A DNA stretch of 64,000 nucleotides from an uncultured Planctomycetota bacterium (GCA_963823665.1 CAWGMQ010000003.1:1280001-1344000); one strand, 5' to 3'. Positions 10,655-21,322 are shown, numbered from the stretch's first letter. The notes: generated by a model not told the origin, from the letters alone. Numbers and translations are program-made.

Positions 10655-10933
10655 CTTACGTGCTCTCTTCAGCTACGCGCCGTCGCTGTTCGACAAACTC
10701 CGGAGGAGCGCTCGCGCTTCTCCTCACCAAGCATAGGACACTCTGGGCGGGAGTGGCGTCACGAACAGCCGTTCACGGATTAGCGAAATTTTGTCCACTT
10801 CGCGGGGGTGGGCGCGACTGAGCGGCGCGAGGAGTTCCAAAACGGCGTGGCCGGGTTACCGGCTCCCGGCGACCACGCTCGAGCGTCGTAGGCAGAACGG
10901 TGACGCTCTGCCGCCAGGGAAACGGGACGGCAC

Positions 10934-11439
10934 TCAGGGTTCCGAATCGTACGGTTCCGGAAGTCCGATCCGGCTGAACGTATCGGCAAAATGCTTGGCG
11001 AGATGTTCGCGATACGGGGATAGAAGCCGAGCACGTCGGCGTCCGCGCTGGCAAAGGGCGGTAAGGAGGTCGAATCGTACGGTGTGCAGTTGACGCAGGT
11101 CGACGATCATCTCGGGCAAACCGAGCGGGTCGCTTGCGGGAAGAAAATACCAACCGTACACGCGGCCCCCGCGAATCGGTCCTCGGATGTCAGCGGGCTT
11201 GAGAAGGTTCTCGGCGACGAGAAAATGGGCGTCGCGGACGGTGGCGACCGTGACGTTCGATACCTTCCGATTCACCAAGTCGCAGGTTTGGGTGAGTACC
11301 AGCACACGCGTCGGCACGATCTCGATTTCGTTCTCATCCAAGTTGTCCAGATCAAGGCGGGACACGAAGATGAGAGGGCACCCTTTACGATATCCCCTTG
11401 ATCGACTGAATCCGTTGGCGAGGTCGCTCCATAAATCAT
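10934..11439 (-). CDS. Conserved hypothetical protein (QGDI...VLTQTCDL...SPYREHL), possible toxin; one frameshift near 11380
   Basis: ATG 11439 gives MIYGATSPTDSVDQGDIVKG. It joins CPLIFVSRL... of the track ORF 10934..11539 if one base is restored at AAAGGGTGC. Confidence 0.7.
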
Positions 11440-11705
11440 GGCTCGTCTTCATCCGCTGGGATTTCCGGAACATCCGGAAGCGGCATCGCTCCCGGTTTGG
11501 CGCGAACCCGAATTGTTGACGTCGGCAACGGAAACTCAACCCACGGGTCGAGCATCACGTCGGATTCGTCGTATCGGCACGGCGCTGGACCTCCGGCCGA
11601 ATCGAGCACACGCAGCTCGACCCAGTGACCGTTCACTTGGCAACTGTAGACGCGACCTGCTTCCAGATCGACCTGCGCGAGTGCTTCGACCAGTGAAAGC
11701 CCCAT
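11436..11705 (-). CDS. Small acidic hypothetical protein, antitoxin-like position
   Basis: 89 aa with a Pro/Asp/Glu-rich tail; the stop overlaps the next start (ATGA). Confidence 0.65.
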   Translation of the reverse strand: MGLSLVEALAQVDLEAGRVYSCQVNGHWVELRVLDSAGGPAPCRYDESDVMLDPWVEFPLPTSTIRVRAKPGAMPLPDVPEIPADEDEP

Positions 11706-11797
11706 GAGTGCATCAATTGGTTCGAGAAAAGCTGGAATCCGCTTCGATAATACTCATTCTATACTCGATCGGCCCAGGATGGCAGGCCATCCGACCC

Positions 11798-12676
11798 TCA
11801 ATCGGCCAGCAGGAAGTCGAGCAAAGGCCGCGATTCATATAATACCTGCCCGCCATGCCCCAGGCCCGGGATCACGACAACCTTCGCACTACCTCCGAGC
11901 TTCTCGTACCGTTTCGCCACCTCGGTCGAATTCGCGGACATCGGAACCAGGTCATCCTTGTCACCGTGAATATGAAGGATCTTCACACCGGCCTTGGCCA
12001 GCGGGGCCAGGTTGTCGATCGGGTTGAACTCGGCCTGGCGGGCCGTCAGTTGATCGAGCGTCAGGTCGTACCCGAGTCCTTTGTCGGGTGCGGAGAGAAC
12101 CGTGGCCAGGCTCGGCGGCGGCCAGGTGCGGAAGTCGGTGACCGGGCAAATCCCGCCGATGCGGTCGACGCACTCCGGATGGCGAAAAGCCCAGGCGTAG
12201 CCGATCAATCCGCCGTTGCTCTGCACTTCCAGCCGCACCCGGCGCGAGAGGCCGTGCTCAGCCACCAGTTTTTCGTAGAACTCGTGGCACAAGCCGGCCG
12301 CAGCGGGGCTGCCGCAGGAGGTTCCCACGTCGATTCCCGCCACGCTGAACCCGGCGGCGAGGTATTGGGCGACATAGAACTCGTGGTGCAATCGCCCGTG
12401 GCCGTCGTTGACCCCCAGCCAGAACGGAAAGATCCACACCCACCGCTTCTGCGGGTCGACCTTGCCTTTGGGTTTCACGATGTAAGCATTGCGCTCGCGC
12501 ACTCGCATCACGACGAGCTCGCCGTTCTTGTAAGTACCGGAGATGCTGCTTGGAATGAGCTTGCGAACGTACTCCGCCTTCGGATCTGGTTTGGGCGTGC
12601 CATCCGAGGCGAATGAACGGGGGGCAAACTGTACCGCCGCAAGCACGGAGACCAAAGCAAGTAATCTGTTTTCCAT
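11798..12676 (-). CDS. Secreted alpha/beta-hydrolase (prolyl oligopeptidase-like)
   Basis: Signal peptide, QSNGG nucleophile elbow, ILHIHGDKDDLVP, GLGHGG. Confidence 0.85.
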   Translation of the reverse strand: MENRLLALVSVLAAVQFAPRSFASDGTPKPDPKAEYVRKLIPSSISGTYKNGELVVMRVRERNAYIVKPKGKVDPQKRWVWIFPFWLGVNDGHGRLHHEFYVAQYLAAGFSVAGIDVGTSCGSPAAAGLCHEFYEKLVAEHGLSRRVRLEVQSNGGLIGYAWAFRHPECVDRIGGICPVTDFRTWPPPSLATVLSAPDKGLGYDLTLDQLTARQAEFNPIDNLAPLAKAGVKILHIHGDKDDLVPMSANSTEVAKRYEKLGGSAKVVVIPGLGHGGQVLYESRPLLDFLLAD

Positions 12677-12694
12677 ACGAGTATCCTAGCGACA

Positions 12695-13216
12695 TTATGG
12701 CGCTACCGGTCCCTCAGGCGGTTTGCGCCGGACGCCGTGCGCCGTCAACAACCGTTTGACAAAGTCTTCGCCGACGTCGCGGACATCGGTGTCGCTGTGG
12801 GCGACCGCCTTCTGAGCCAACTGCATCGCCAGTCCGCGGTCAAGCGTGCTGTAGAGTTCCAACATCATTTGATAATCGATGTAATCGGCGTCATCGGCAA
12901 GAAACGGCTGGGAGACTCGCTCAATATTCGCGAGGACCCAGTCCCTGGGCAAGGACGCAGCGATGACGTGTCGCGCGGCGCTTCCATACTTGATCGTGGA
13001 CGCTTTCCCCACCAGGTAGTCGAAGAACTCGAGCCTCTCCGGCATCGCGAGGAGGGGTATCAACGTGAACTTCATGGCGTCTTCATTGCCGGTTTTGGTA
13101 GTGTGCAAGATCCCGACACGATCACAGTCTTCAGCGAAAAACTCCTGGTAAAGCCGGAAAGCACTCAGATTGTTCTCCACGAGCTGCCGCCAGAGGACTT
13201 CGTCCCTTTCGGTCAT
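12695..13216 (-). CDS. Hypothetical helical protein
   Basis: ATG 13216 is preceded by AGGAGG; plausible composition; ends SDTDVRDVGEDF. No family recognised with certainty. Confidence 0.6.
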   Translation of the reverse strand: MTERDEVLWRQLVENNLSAFRLYQEFFAEDCDRVGILHTTKTGNEDAMKFTLIPLLAMPERLEFFDYLVGKASTIKYGSAARHVIAASLPRDWVLANIERVSQPFLADDADYIDYQMMLELYSTLDRGLAMQLAQKAVAHSDTDVRDVGEDFVKRLLTAHGVRRKPPEGPVAP

Positions 13217-13489
13217 GGTGCGCCTCCTTTGGGTCAGAGGGTGCAGCGTCACCATCGAGATTACGCAAATTTCTCTCTTTCAGCCATTCGATCCGCGGAT
13301 CAGCCTGATGCGGAAGCGCATTCAGCTCGCCAAGCGCACGTGCGGGCCGACAGCAGAAACTCCCGCAGCGTTGCCATTTGCGGACGGTTGGGTCACAATT
13401 ACGATGATCGCCCGCACCACGGCATACGCGAATTCACACCATGCTCTCGTCTGCTCTCCCTGCCATACCCTTTGCTTAACACCTCCACG

Positions 13490-16348
13490 GTGACAACTAA
13501 CAGCTTGGCCAGAGCCGCACTGCTTCTCGGGGCAATTGCCGTCACGACCGGCGCCTTCGCGACCGACGAGCCTTCGCTCGAATCCCGGTTAGATCCGATG
13601 GTGCGCCCGTTCCTGAAGCAGAACTGCCTCGCCTGCCACGGGCCCGAAAAACCGAAGGCCAAGCTCGACTTGAGCGTGTATGGCTCGGTGCCGTCAATCG
13701 TCAAGGACTACAAAGTGTGGGGGCTCGTGCGAGCCCGGCTCGAGGCAGACGAGATGCCGCCCGGGGAGGCCGGCCATCAGCCCACGAGGTGGAGCGGCGC
13801 GAGATGGTGGCCTGCATCACTACCTTGCTCGACCGCGAAGCCCAGAAGAACGCGGGCGATCCCGGGCCGGTGCTGGCGCGGCGGCTCAACAATGCCGAGC
13901 TCGACTACACGATCGCCGACCTGACGGGTGTCGACATCCACGTGACCAGGGAGTTTCCGGTTGACCCGGCGAACGAAGCCGGGCTTCGACAATTCGGGTG
14001 AATCGCTGGCCATGTCGCCGGCCCTGTTCAACAAATACCTGGCCGCGGCGAAGGCGGGTTGCCGACCACCTCGTGCTCGAGCCGGCCGGTTTCGAATTCG
14101 CTCCCGAGCCGGCGGTCACCGAAACCGACCGCGACAAGTACTGCGTCAGGCGAATCATCAACTTCTACGAGCGGCACAAGGTCGATTACGCACAGTACTT
14201 CCTGGCCGCCTGGCGATTTCAGAATCGCAGTGCACTCGGCAAACCAAACTCCGCCCTGAGCGACTTTGCGGCCGAAGCGGGCCTGAGCACGCCGTACCTC
14301 GCGACCGTATCGAAGGTGCTGGGAGCGAAATGGCCCGAATCGGGACCCATGGCAGAGCTTCAAGCGCTCTGGCGCAAGTTGCCGGCAGACGCAGAGCAGC
14401 AACCCGAAGCGCAGCGCGGGTGCGAGCGGATGCGCGACGTGGTGATTCGCCTGCGCAAAGGCCTCGAGACCCGGGTTCCCGAAATGCGGGCGCAGAGGCA
14501 TTTCGCCCGGCAGTCAGCCCTTCGTCCTGTGGCGGGCGCGGCGTCTTGCCTCGGGGCGGATGAGCGCGCCTGACGGAACAAGCCGCGAGCGACGTGAAGG
14601 AGTTTTGTCGCGTATTCCCTGACGCGTTCGTCGTGTCCGACCGTCCGCCCTACTTCGATCTGAAGGGGGGTTCTCAGGGAAGGCCGCTGTCGGCCGGGTT
14701 TCACCTGATGCAGGGCTACTTCCGCGACGACGCCTCACTCTGCGAGCTGGTTCTGGATGATGCCGCGCCGCCGCGAGCTCGATCGCCTCTGGCGCGAGCT
14801 CGAACTTCGTCACCGGTGCTCCGATGCGGCAGTATCGCGACTTCATCTTCTTCGAACGCGCCGAGCCGCCGCGCTATATGCGGGAATCGGCGTTCGACTT
14901 CGCACGATCCGAAGACAAAGACTCGATCAAGGCAGCGAAGTATCGAGCGGCTGCGCGACGCTTATCTGGCCAAGGCGCGCAAGAATCGGCGTGCAAGCCG
15001 AAGCTCTCAAAGCCATCGAGACGTATTTCGCCGAGATTTCAGGCCAAATTCGCCAGGTTGAGCAAGACCGGCTCGCCGCCGAACCGGCAATCTCGAGGCG
15101 CTTGGGAACTTCGCCGATCGTGCATACCGGCGCGGGCTCTCCGCGGCAGAGCGAAGCGATCTGATCGCCTTTTACAAATCGCTTCGCTCCCGGGACGGGC
15201 TTTCCCACGAAGATGCGATTCGGGATACGGTTGTGAGCGTGCTCCTCTCGCCGCACTTTGCCTATCGCCTCGACCTGGCTGTTCCAGGGTCTGCCGCGCG
15301 GCCGCTCTCAGGCGACGAGCTGGCCAGCCGCTTGAGCTACTTCCTCTGGTCGAGCATGCCCGACCAGGAGCTCTCTGTCCCACGCAATCTCCGGCGATCT
15401 GGTCCAGACACCGGTCCTGCTCGCGCAGACCCGGCGAATGCTTCGAGACGAACGGATTCGCCGTTTTGCCACCGAGTTTGCCGGGAACTGGCTCGGTTTC
15501 CGGCGATTCGAGGAACACAACGCGGTCGATCGCGAAGCGATTTCCCGCCTTCACAAATGAGCTTCGGCAGGCCATGTACGAAGAGCCGATTCGCCTGTTC
15601 GTCGACGTCGTTCGCCGCGATCGCTCGATTCTCGACCTGCTCTACGGCAACGACACCTTCGTCAACCCGGTTCTGGCCAGGCACTACGGCATGCCGGTTC
15701 CAAAGGGCGGCAATGACGAATGGGCACGGTCGATGATGCCGGCCGATTCGGGCGCGGGGGCTCTTGCCCATGTCCGTCTTCTTGACGGCCAGCTCGCCGG
15801 GCTTGCGCACCAGCCCGGTGAAGCGAGGATACTGGGTCGTTCGCAAGCTGCTGGGCGAGCGGATCCCACCGCCGCCGGCGGTCGTGCCAGAGCTTCCAAC
15901 GGATGAAGCCGCCACCGGCGAGCTCAGCCTGCCGCAGCTTCTGGCGCGGCACCGCTCCGACAAGAACTGCGCGAGCTGCCACCAGCGATTCGATTCGATC
16001 GGGCTGGTTTTCGAGGGCTACGGCCCGATCGGTGAGCGGCGCGATCGCGACCTGGGCAACCGCCCGGTCAGCCCCAAGGCCACGTTCCCTGATGGCAGCT
16101 CCGGAGACGGCCTTGCCGGGCTGCGCCGCTACATCGCCGACAGCCGGCAGGATGAGTTTGTCGATAATATCTGCCGCGAGCTGGTCGTGTATGCTCTGGG
16201 ACGGGGTTTGATCTTGTCGGATGAGCCCTTGGTCAAGTCGATGCGCGACCGCTTGTCTGCCGAGGGCCACCGATTCGACAGCATGATCGAAACGATCGTG
16301 GTCAGCCCCCAGTTCCGAAACAAACGGGGGCGGGACGATAGGCGTTAG
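13490..16348 (+). CDS. Planctomycete cytochrome c / DUF1587-DUF1592-DUF1588-DUF1585 protein, split by several frameshifts
   Basis: Consecutive fragments: CLACH, RRLNNAELDYT, GFDNSGESL, LLSPHFAYR, ELASRLSYFLWSSMPD, RTSPVKRGYWV, CASCH, SPQFRNKR. Confidence 0.88.
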
Positions 16349-16394
16349 AGCCAAATCGGCCAGTTCCTGGTCGAGCACCGCCCAAAGTGGGAAA

Positions 16395-16751
16395 ATGATG
16401 TTGAACACCTTCCACCATAGCGACAGGACTGGCTGGAACGCCGTGCGTGCACAAAAGGCTTGGTGTTTCAAGGCGAATCAACCGAAGCATTCTTCGCGAC
16501 CTGTCGGCGCTTACTTCACGGACATTGAACCGACAGAAGCCAACTTAAGAACTCTATACAAGCGCATACGGGTCCCGAAAGTAAAGCAGCACTACGTCTT
16601 CTGGTTTCTTGATATCGTCGGTTTGGAGCAACTAAACGGCGGACGCGGACGGGACCGACACATCTTCGTCTCGCGAGTCGACTATAATGTTGACGAGTCG
16701 CGTCAGAAATATGCCGGCGAGACGGCCGACATAATGGAGCAGTTTCGATGA
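16395..16751 (+). CDS. Standalone ADP-ribosyltransferase-like protein (resembles Tox-ART-HYD1)
   Basis: FHHSDRTGWNAV...GAYFTDIEP...KQHYVF matches the YHYT..G..I / G.YF[TS]DI.P pattern of that family. Recognised by eye only. Confidence 0.6.
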   Translation: MMLNTFHHSDRTGWNAVRAQKAWCFKANQPKHSSRPVGAYFTDIEPTEANLRTLYKRIRVPKVKQHYVFWFLDIVGLEQLNGGRGRDRHIFVSRVDYNVDESRQKYAGETADIMEQFR

Positions 16752-17134
16752 TCGGTGGAATCGACATTCCGATACCGACGAGGGCTGGGCCCATTTCGAT
16801 CGAGGTCGCGGTTCGAGCGATTCGGCAGAAGTGGCCTCATGCCGAGTACGAGAACGGTTTGACAGGAGAGCGGTACAGCCAGTTCTGTCAAATTCCGTTC
16901 GGCGAACTCGAGGAGGTTTTCGTTTATCGTGACCACGAATCGGCTGATCGCTGGGAAGCAGAAGGTGCGGTCCCATCGCTCGAAAATACAATGATCCATC
17001 TAGTCGCTGACCGTGACCTGGTCACGGTGGTAGTCGATCTGAGGGACGCCGCAATGGAGGAAGTCGTTGCCGCCATTTCATCGGCGCTCGGCGATAACAT
17101 TTTCTGCATTCCAGCGGAACTGGTGGCGGCATGA
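16748..17134 (+). CDS. Hypothetical acidic protein, candidate immunity/antitoxin
   Basis: 128 aa; ATGA overlaps with both neighbours. Confidence 0.7.
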   Translation: MIGGIDIPIPTRAGPISIEVAVRAIRQKWPHAEYENGLTGERYSQFCQIPFGELEEVFVYRDHESADRWEAEGAVPSLENTMIHLVADRDLVTVVVDLRDAAMEEVVAAISSALGDNIFCIPAELVAA

Positions 17135-17646
17135 GCGCTTCAACCGTTTCTCCATCAACCCTCGAAGAGACGATCAGACAATCCGGAGAGGGAAGGCTCC
17201 TAGATTCGTTCCCACTGCAAGAGAAGGAAATGGAACGAATCCGTCGGACGCTCGATGCGGTGAACAATCTAGCCAAGAAGCGGCTTGGCGGGGATGCGCC
17301 GGACATCTCAGAGCGAGCTCTCATTGAAGAATTCCGCCGGAACCCACAACGGGTGCGAGGCTTTTTTCAGGCGCTGGGAGGCACGCGCACCCCGGAGATG
17401 CTGCTGATGGTGTGGCGAATCATGCAGGGCATGGAGATAAAGGATCTCGAGGTCGGCTATCGCCGGCAAGAGGAATTCAACATGACGGTCGTTCTGGAAT
17501 CGCCCTACGGAGTGGAAGACGCTCCATATACATCAAATAACATCAATGATTTTACGCTATTTCGCCACATCGGTGTTCTCGAAATCAGTGGTCGGCCCGT
17601 TTTTGATGGTTTCTATGCATTAACGGCGCGAGCGGCCAAGGGCTAA
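17131..17646 (+). CDS. Hypothetical protein, third gene of the cassette
   Basis: 171 aa; ATGA overlap with the previous gene; no family recognised. Confidence 0.7.
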   Translation: MSASTVSPSTLEETIRQSGEGRLLDSFPLQEKEMERIRRTLDAVNNLAKKRLGGDAPDISERALIEEFRRNPQRVRGFFQALGGTRTPEMLLMVWRIMQGMEIKDLEVGYRRQEEFNMTVVLESPYGVEDAPYTSNNINDFTLFRHIGVLEISGRPVFDGFYALTARAAKG

Positions 17647-17721
17647 TTGATCGCGTAAATTGGCGCCTGCACGTTCGTGGACTATTTGAGAAACGGTGTG
17701 GAACTGGTTGGGGAACAAAGC

Positions 17722-19059
17722 ATGAAACCGCAGTCCAGGATCAGTCGCCGCACGGTGCTCCGCGGGATGGGCGTGACCATGGCCCTGCCCTGGCTGGAAT
17801 CGATTCCCGTTTGGGGTATGGAGGCCGCTCCCGACGGTGCCGTTCAAGCCTTCCCGAAGCGGTTTGCCGCGCTCTTCATGGGCAACGGCATCAACCCCAA
17901 GCACTGGTCGGCAAAGGGCGCCGGCAAGGACATGGAGCTGTCCAAGTCGCTTCAGCCGATGCTGCCCTATCGCGAGAAGCTCAACGTGATCTCGGGGCTC
18001 TTCAACAAGCACGCCACCGGTGTGGGCATACATCCCGGGCAGACGGGCAACATTCTCTCGGGGGCCGCACTTCAAAGGGGGGCAGTGCTCAAGGGAGGCG
18101 TGAGCATGGACCAGGTGCTTGCCGCGCGCCTGGGCGAAGAAACCGCCGTCGCCAGTCTGGTGCTCGGCTGCGAGCAGCCGATCACCGGCTATCACGAGAC
18201 CAACTTTTCGATGGCGTATAGCTCGCATATTTCATGGCAGGACGCACTTTCGCCGGTGCCGATGGAAGTTTACCCGTCGCTCGCTTTTGACAGCCTGTTC
18301 GACAACCAGGGAAACCGGCGCAACCAGAGCATCCTCGACCGCGTCAAGGAGCAGGCCGCCGAGCTCAACAAGCGAGTCAGCCGCGGCGACCAGGCCAAGC
18401 TCGATGAATATCTCACCAGCGTGCGCGAAGTTGAAAAGCGGGCCGGACGCACCCGGAACGTGAAGGAACGGGCCGACGAGCGAGCGGCAAGCCGTGGGCG
18501 CCTGGCCGCGACGATGCCTCGCCCCGACAACGGCTTGCCGGAAGATATCCGCGAGCACATGAAACTGATGTGCGACATCATCGCGCTGGCCTTCCAGACC
18601 GACAAGACAAGAGTCGCGACCCTTCTGTTGTGCCGCGATCTCTCGGGACTTTTCTACCCGTTCCTCGATGTTCGAACGGCCCATCACCCCTCGTCGCACG
18701 ACGACCAGTCGGATGCCTACGAACGAGTTTCGCGCTACTACGTGAGCCAGCTCGCCTACCTGGCCGGCCGGCTGGACGCCATGAAGGAGGGCGAGCAGAC
18801 GGTCCTCGACCACTCCTGCTTGATGTTCATCTCCAACATGTGGTCGGGGAGCCGCCACGATTCCACCAAGGTGCCGCTTCTGCTCGCGGGCGGCCTCGGC
18901 GGCTCGCTTGAAACCGGCCGCGTCCTCGACTATAGGGAAAAGAGTGATGAAGAGCGCAAGCTCTGCAGTCTGTATCTCTCGCTCATGGATCGGATGGGCG
19001 TGAAGCAGAAACGGTTTGGTGACGCAGACGAGCCTCTGGCGGGGCTGGGTGCGGGCTGA
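17722..19059 (+). CDS. DUF1552 family protein
   Basis: ISRRTVLRGMGVTMALPWLES (Tat-like), SMDQVLA, YSSHISW, LDEYLTSVREVE, ALAFQTDKTRVAT. Confidence 0.92.
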   Translation: MKPQSRISRRTVLRGMGVTMALPWLESIPVWGMEAAPDGAVQAFPKRFAALFMGNGINPKHWSAKGAGKDMELSKSLQPMLPYREKLNVISGLFNKHATGVGIHPGQTGNILSGAALQRGAVLKGGVSMDQVLAARLGEETAVASLVLGCEQPITGYHETNFSMAYSSHISWQDALSPVPMEVYPSLAFDSLFDNQGNRRNQSILDRVKEQAAELNKRVSRGDQAKLDEYLTSVREVEKRAGRTRNVKERADERAASRGRLAATMPRPDNGLPEDIREHMKLMCDIIALAFQTDKTRVATLLLCRDLSGLFYPFLDVRTAHHPSSHDDQSDAYERVSRYYVSQLAYLAGRLDAMKEGEQTVLDHSCLMFISNMWSGSRHDSTKVPLLLAGGLGGSLETGRVLDYREKSDEERKLCSLYLSLMDRMGVKQKRFGDADEPLAGLGAG

Positions 19060-19115
19060 TTCCACAGACAATGGCAAATAACCTCCGACCGCTTCACTCC
19101 TCGAAAGGACCGACG

Positions 19116-19928
19116 ATGGGCGAATCGACCCTCCCTATGAACGAGCCGGAGATTCGATCCCGACATACGCGCAAGCCAACGGCGGGCGCGCTATTGTGCA
19201 TCGTCCTGGGCGGCATTCTCGGCGCCGGCGGTGCAGAAAAAGTTCAAGATTCAGCCGAGGAAAAGGCCGCCGCCGCCATCGAGAAACTAGGCGGGACGGT
19301 CTTGCGCAGCGAGACGGTGCCCGACCGGCCGGTGACCGGGATCGACCTCGACGACACCCAGGCCGGCGACGATGATCTGGCGCTTCTGGAACACTTTCCG
19401 CATCTTCAAACGCTCACGCTTGAGGAGACACGGATCACAAACGACGGTCTGCGCCACATCGAACGACTCACCGGTCTGACGGACCTCTGTCTGGACCAGA
19501 CCGCGGTCTCTGACGGGGGTCTTGCGCACGTGAAGCCGCTCGTCAACCTTCGCAAGCTCAGTTTCGACCACACGGCGGTGACCGATGCCGGGCTCGCTCA
19601 GTTGAAGGGCTTGAAGCAGCTTGAGAACCTCGTCCTGACGGCAACCAAGATCACCGATGCCGGCCTCGTCCAGTTGAAAAACATGCCACGTCTGCAATGG
19701 CTCTTTCTGGAAGATACCGCGATCACCGACGCCGGCCTGGTCCAGTTGAAGAGCCTCAAGAGGCTGGAATTCCTGCTTCTGAACAAGACGGCCGTCACCG
19801 ACGCCGGACTGAAGCACCTGGAAGGGCTCACCGAGCTGGAGCTGGTCTCTCTGCATAACACGGGCGTGACCGACGCAGGGGTCGACGCGCTCCAGAAGTC
19901 GCTGCCGAAAGCCAAGGTTTATCACTGA
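19116..19928 (+). CDS. Leucine-rich repeat protein (24-aa repeats)
   Basis: Repeated LxxLxLxxTx[VI]TDAGLxxLxx units after a hydrophobic segment. Confidence 0.92.
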   Translation: MGESTLPMNEPEIRSRHTRKPTAGALLCIVLGGILGAGGAEKVQDSAEEKAAAAIEKLGGTVLRSETVPDRPVTGIDLDDTQAGDDDLALLEHFPHLQTLTLEETRITNDGLRHIERLTGLTDLCLDQTAVSDGGLAHVKPLVNLRKLSFDHTAVTDAGLAQLKGLKQLENLVLTATKITDAGLVQLKNMPRLQWLFLEDTAITDAGLVQLKSLKRLEFLLLNKTAVTDAGLKHLEGLTELELVSLHNTGVTDAGVDALQKSLPKAKVYH

Positions 19929-19958
19929 GTTTATCGGCGAACGACGCAGGTACCGAGC

Positions 19959-20651
19959 ATGCGGCGGTTTTCGATACGCGGTGCGATGAGCGTGATTCTG
20001 GTTTGCGCGGTCGGTCTGGCCGCGCTCCGAAATGCGAATGAGTTCTGGGCCGGTGTCATGGTGTTGGTGACAATGGGGCTCCTGGGAACCGCGCTGCTTG
20101 GGGTGATCCACCAGCAAGGAACCGGCCGCGCCTGGTGGCTTGGCTTCGGCGTCTTCGCCGGCGGTTATCTGATGCTCGCGCTCGGTCCGTGGTTTTCAGA
20201 ACACATCCAGCCGACGCTTGCGACGACGCAACTGCTCGGCTATGTGCACCTGCAAGTTACGGCCGCAACAGTGCCGCGGTCCTCGAATCTTCAAATGCTG
20301 CGGGACCGTCGTGAAACTCTCGCGGTCGAACGGGCAAGCATCAAGAAACTCGTGAGAAGCGCGAACGATCCTGCTCTCAAAAGGAAACAGCGCGAACTCG
20401 ATTCCGTTGACATCCAGATCACGCAGATTCAAGGATTTCCCTCCTCACCGACCGCGATTGCTCCAATCGTGGGCGGAGCGGGTGGTGCGCCGCCGAGCGG
20501 CTGGCAAGTTGCTCTGCCAGGGGCCGCGAATTTCGACCAGTTCTTACGGGTTGGGCATTGGCTGTCCGCGCTGCTCGCAGGGTTGGGGGGCGCTTTCATT
20601 TCGGTGCAACTTTTCGCGAGTCGCGACTCGTCTGAGGAGGTCCGCGGATGA
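19959..20651 (+). CDS. Hypothetical membrane protein
   Basis: MRRFSIRGAM start, several hydrophobic helices, 4-nt overlap with the next gene. Confidence 0.7.
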   Translation: MRRFSIRGAMSVILVCAVGLAALRNANEFWAGVMVLVTMGLLGTALLGVIHQQGTGRAWWLGFGVFAGGYLMLALGPWFSEHIQPTLATTQLLGYVHLQVTAATVPRSSNLQMLRDRRETLAVERASIKKLVRSANDPALKRKQRELDSVDIQITQIQGFPSSPTAIAPIVGGAGGAPPSGWQVALPGAANFDQFLRVGHWLSALLAGLGGAFISVQLFASRDSSEEVRG

Positions 20652-21322
20652 GTGCGCGCCCGCTCTGTTACACCGAACCCGGCGGCCATCCCACAAACGA
20701 AGACGCATTCGAGGTCATTCAGCACCCGGGCGAGCCGTCGTGTTGGATCGGAGCATTGGCGGACGGCCAGGGAGGCCAGTCCGGCGGGGGCGACGCGGCA
20801 CGATTGGCCTGTCGGGTGGTGATCGAGGCAATCTCAGCTCACCGCATCGCATCTGTGGCAACGGCCGGAACGTGGATCGAGGTCCTCCGTCAAGCCGATA
20901 AACTTGTGTGCGCGGACCGAATCGCAGGGTACACCACGTTGATCGGCTTCGCGGTTGCCAGCGGTCACGTGATTGGTGCGTCAAACGGAGATAGTGCGCT
21001 CTGGCTCGGATGGGAAAATGGCCGCATCAACGACCTGACGGAACACCAGGCCAAGCACCCGCCGATCGGATCCGGCTTTGCACGACCGACGCCGTTCGCT
21101 GCCAAGCTTCCATCGTGTTGGGCCATCCTGGCGATGTCGGACGGCGTGTGGAAAGCCGTGGGCCGTGGCCGCGCCGCAGAACTGCTTAACCAGTGCCGGG
21201 GCCAGGCGCTCATCGACACGCTCCTGTCCGAAGCCAGACTTCCCTGGAGCGGCGGATTGGGGGACGACTTCACGGCGGTCGTGCTGGAAGAGCAGGGAAG
21301 ATCAGGCGCGCTTGAATCGTAA
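20648..21322 (+). CDS. PP2C/SpoIIE-like protein phosphatase
   Basis: NEDA, ALADGQGG, NGDS, MSDGV and DDFT motifs. Confidence 0.85.
   Translation: MSARPLCYTEPGGHPTNEDAFEVIQHPGEPSCWIGALADGQGGQSGGGDAARLACRVVIEAISAHRIASVATAGTWIEVLRQADKLVCADRIAGYTTLIGFAVASGHVIGASNGDSALWLGWENGRINDLTEHQAKHPPIGSGFARPTPFAAKLPSCWAILAMSDGVWKAVGRGRAAELLNQCRGQALIDTLLSEARLPWSGGLGDDFTAVVLEEQGRSGALES

Noticed and set aside
19340..19900. Regularly spaced ACCGA[CT]GCCGG-like nucleotide repeats as a possible CRISPR or non-coding array
   Set aside because: The 72-nt period is the coding periodicity of the 24-aa LRR, and no cas genes are present.
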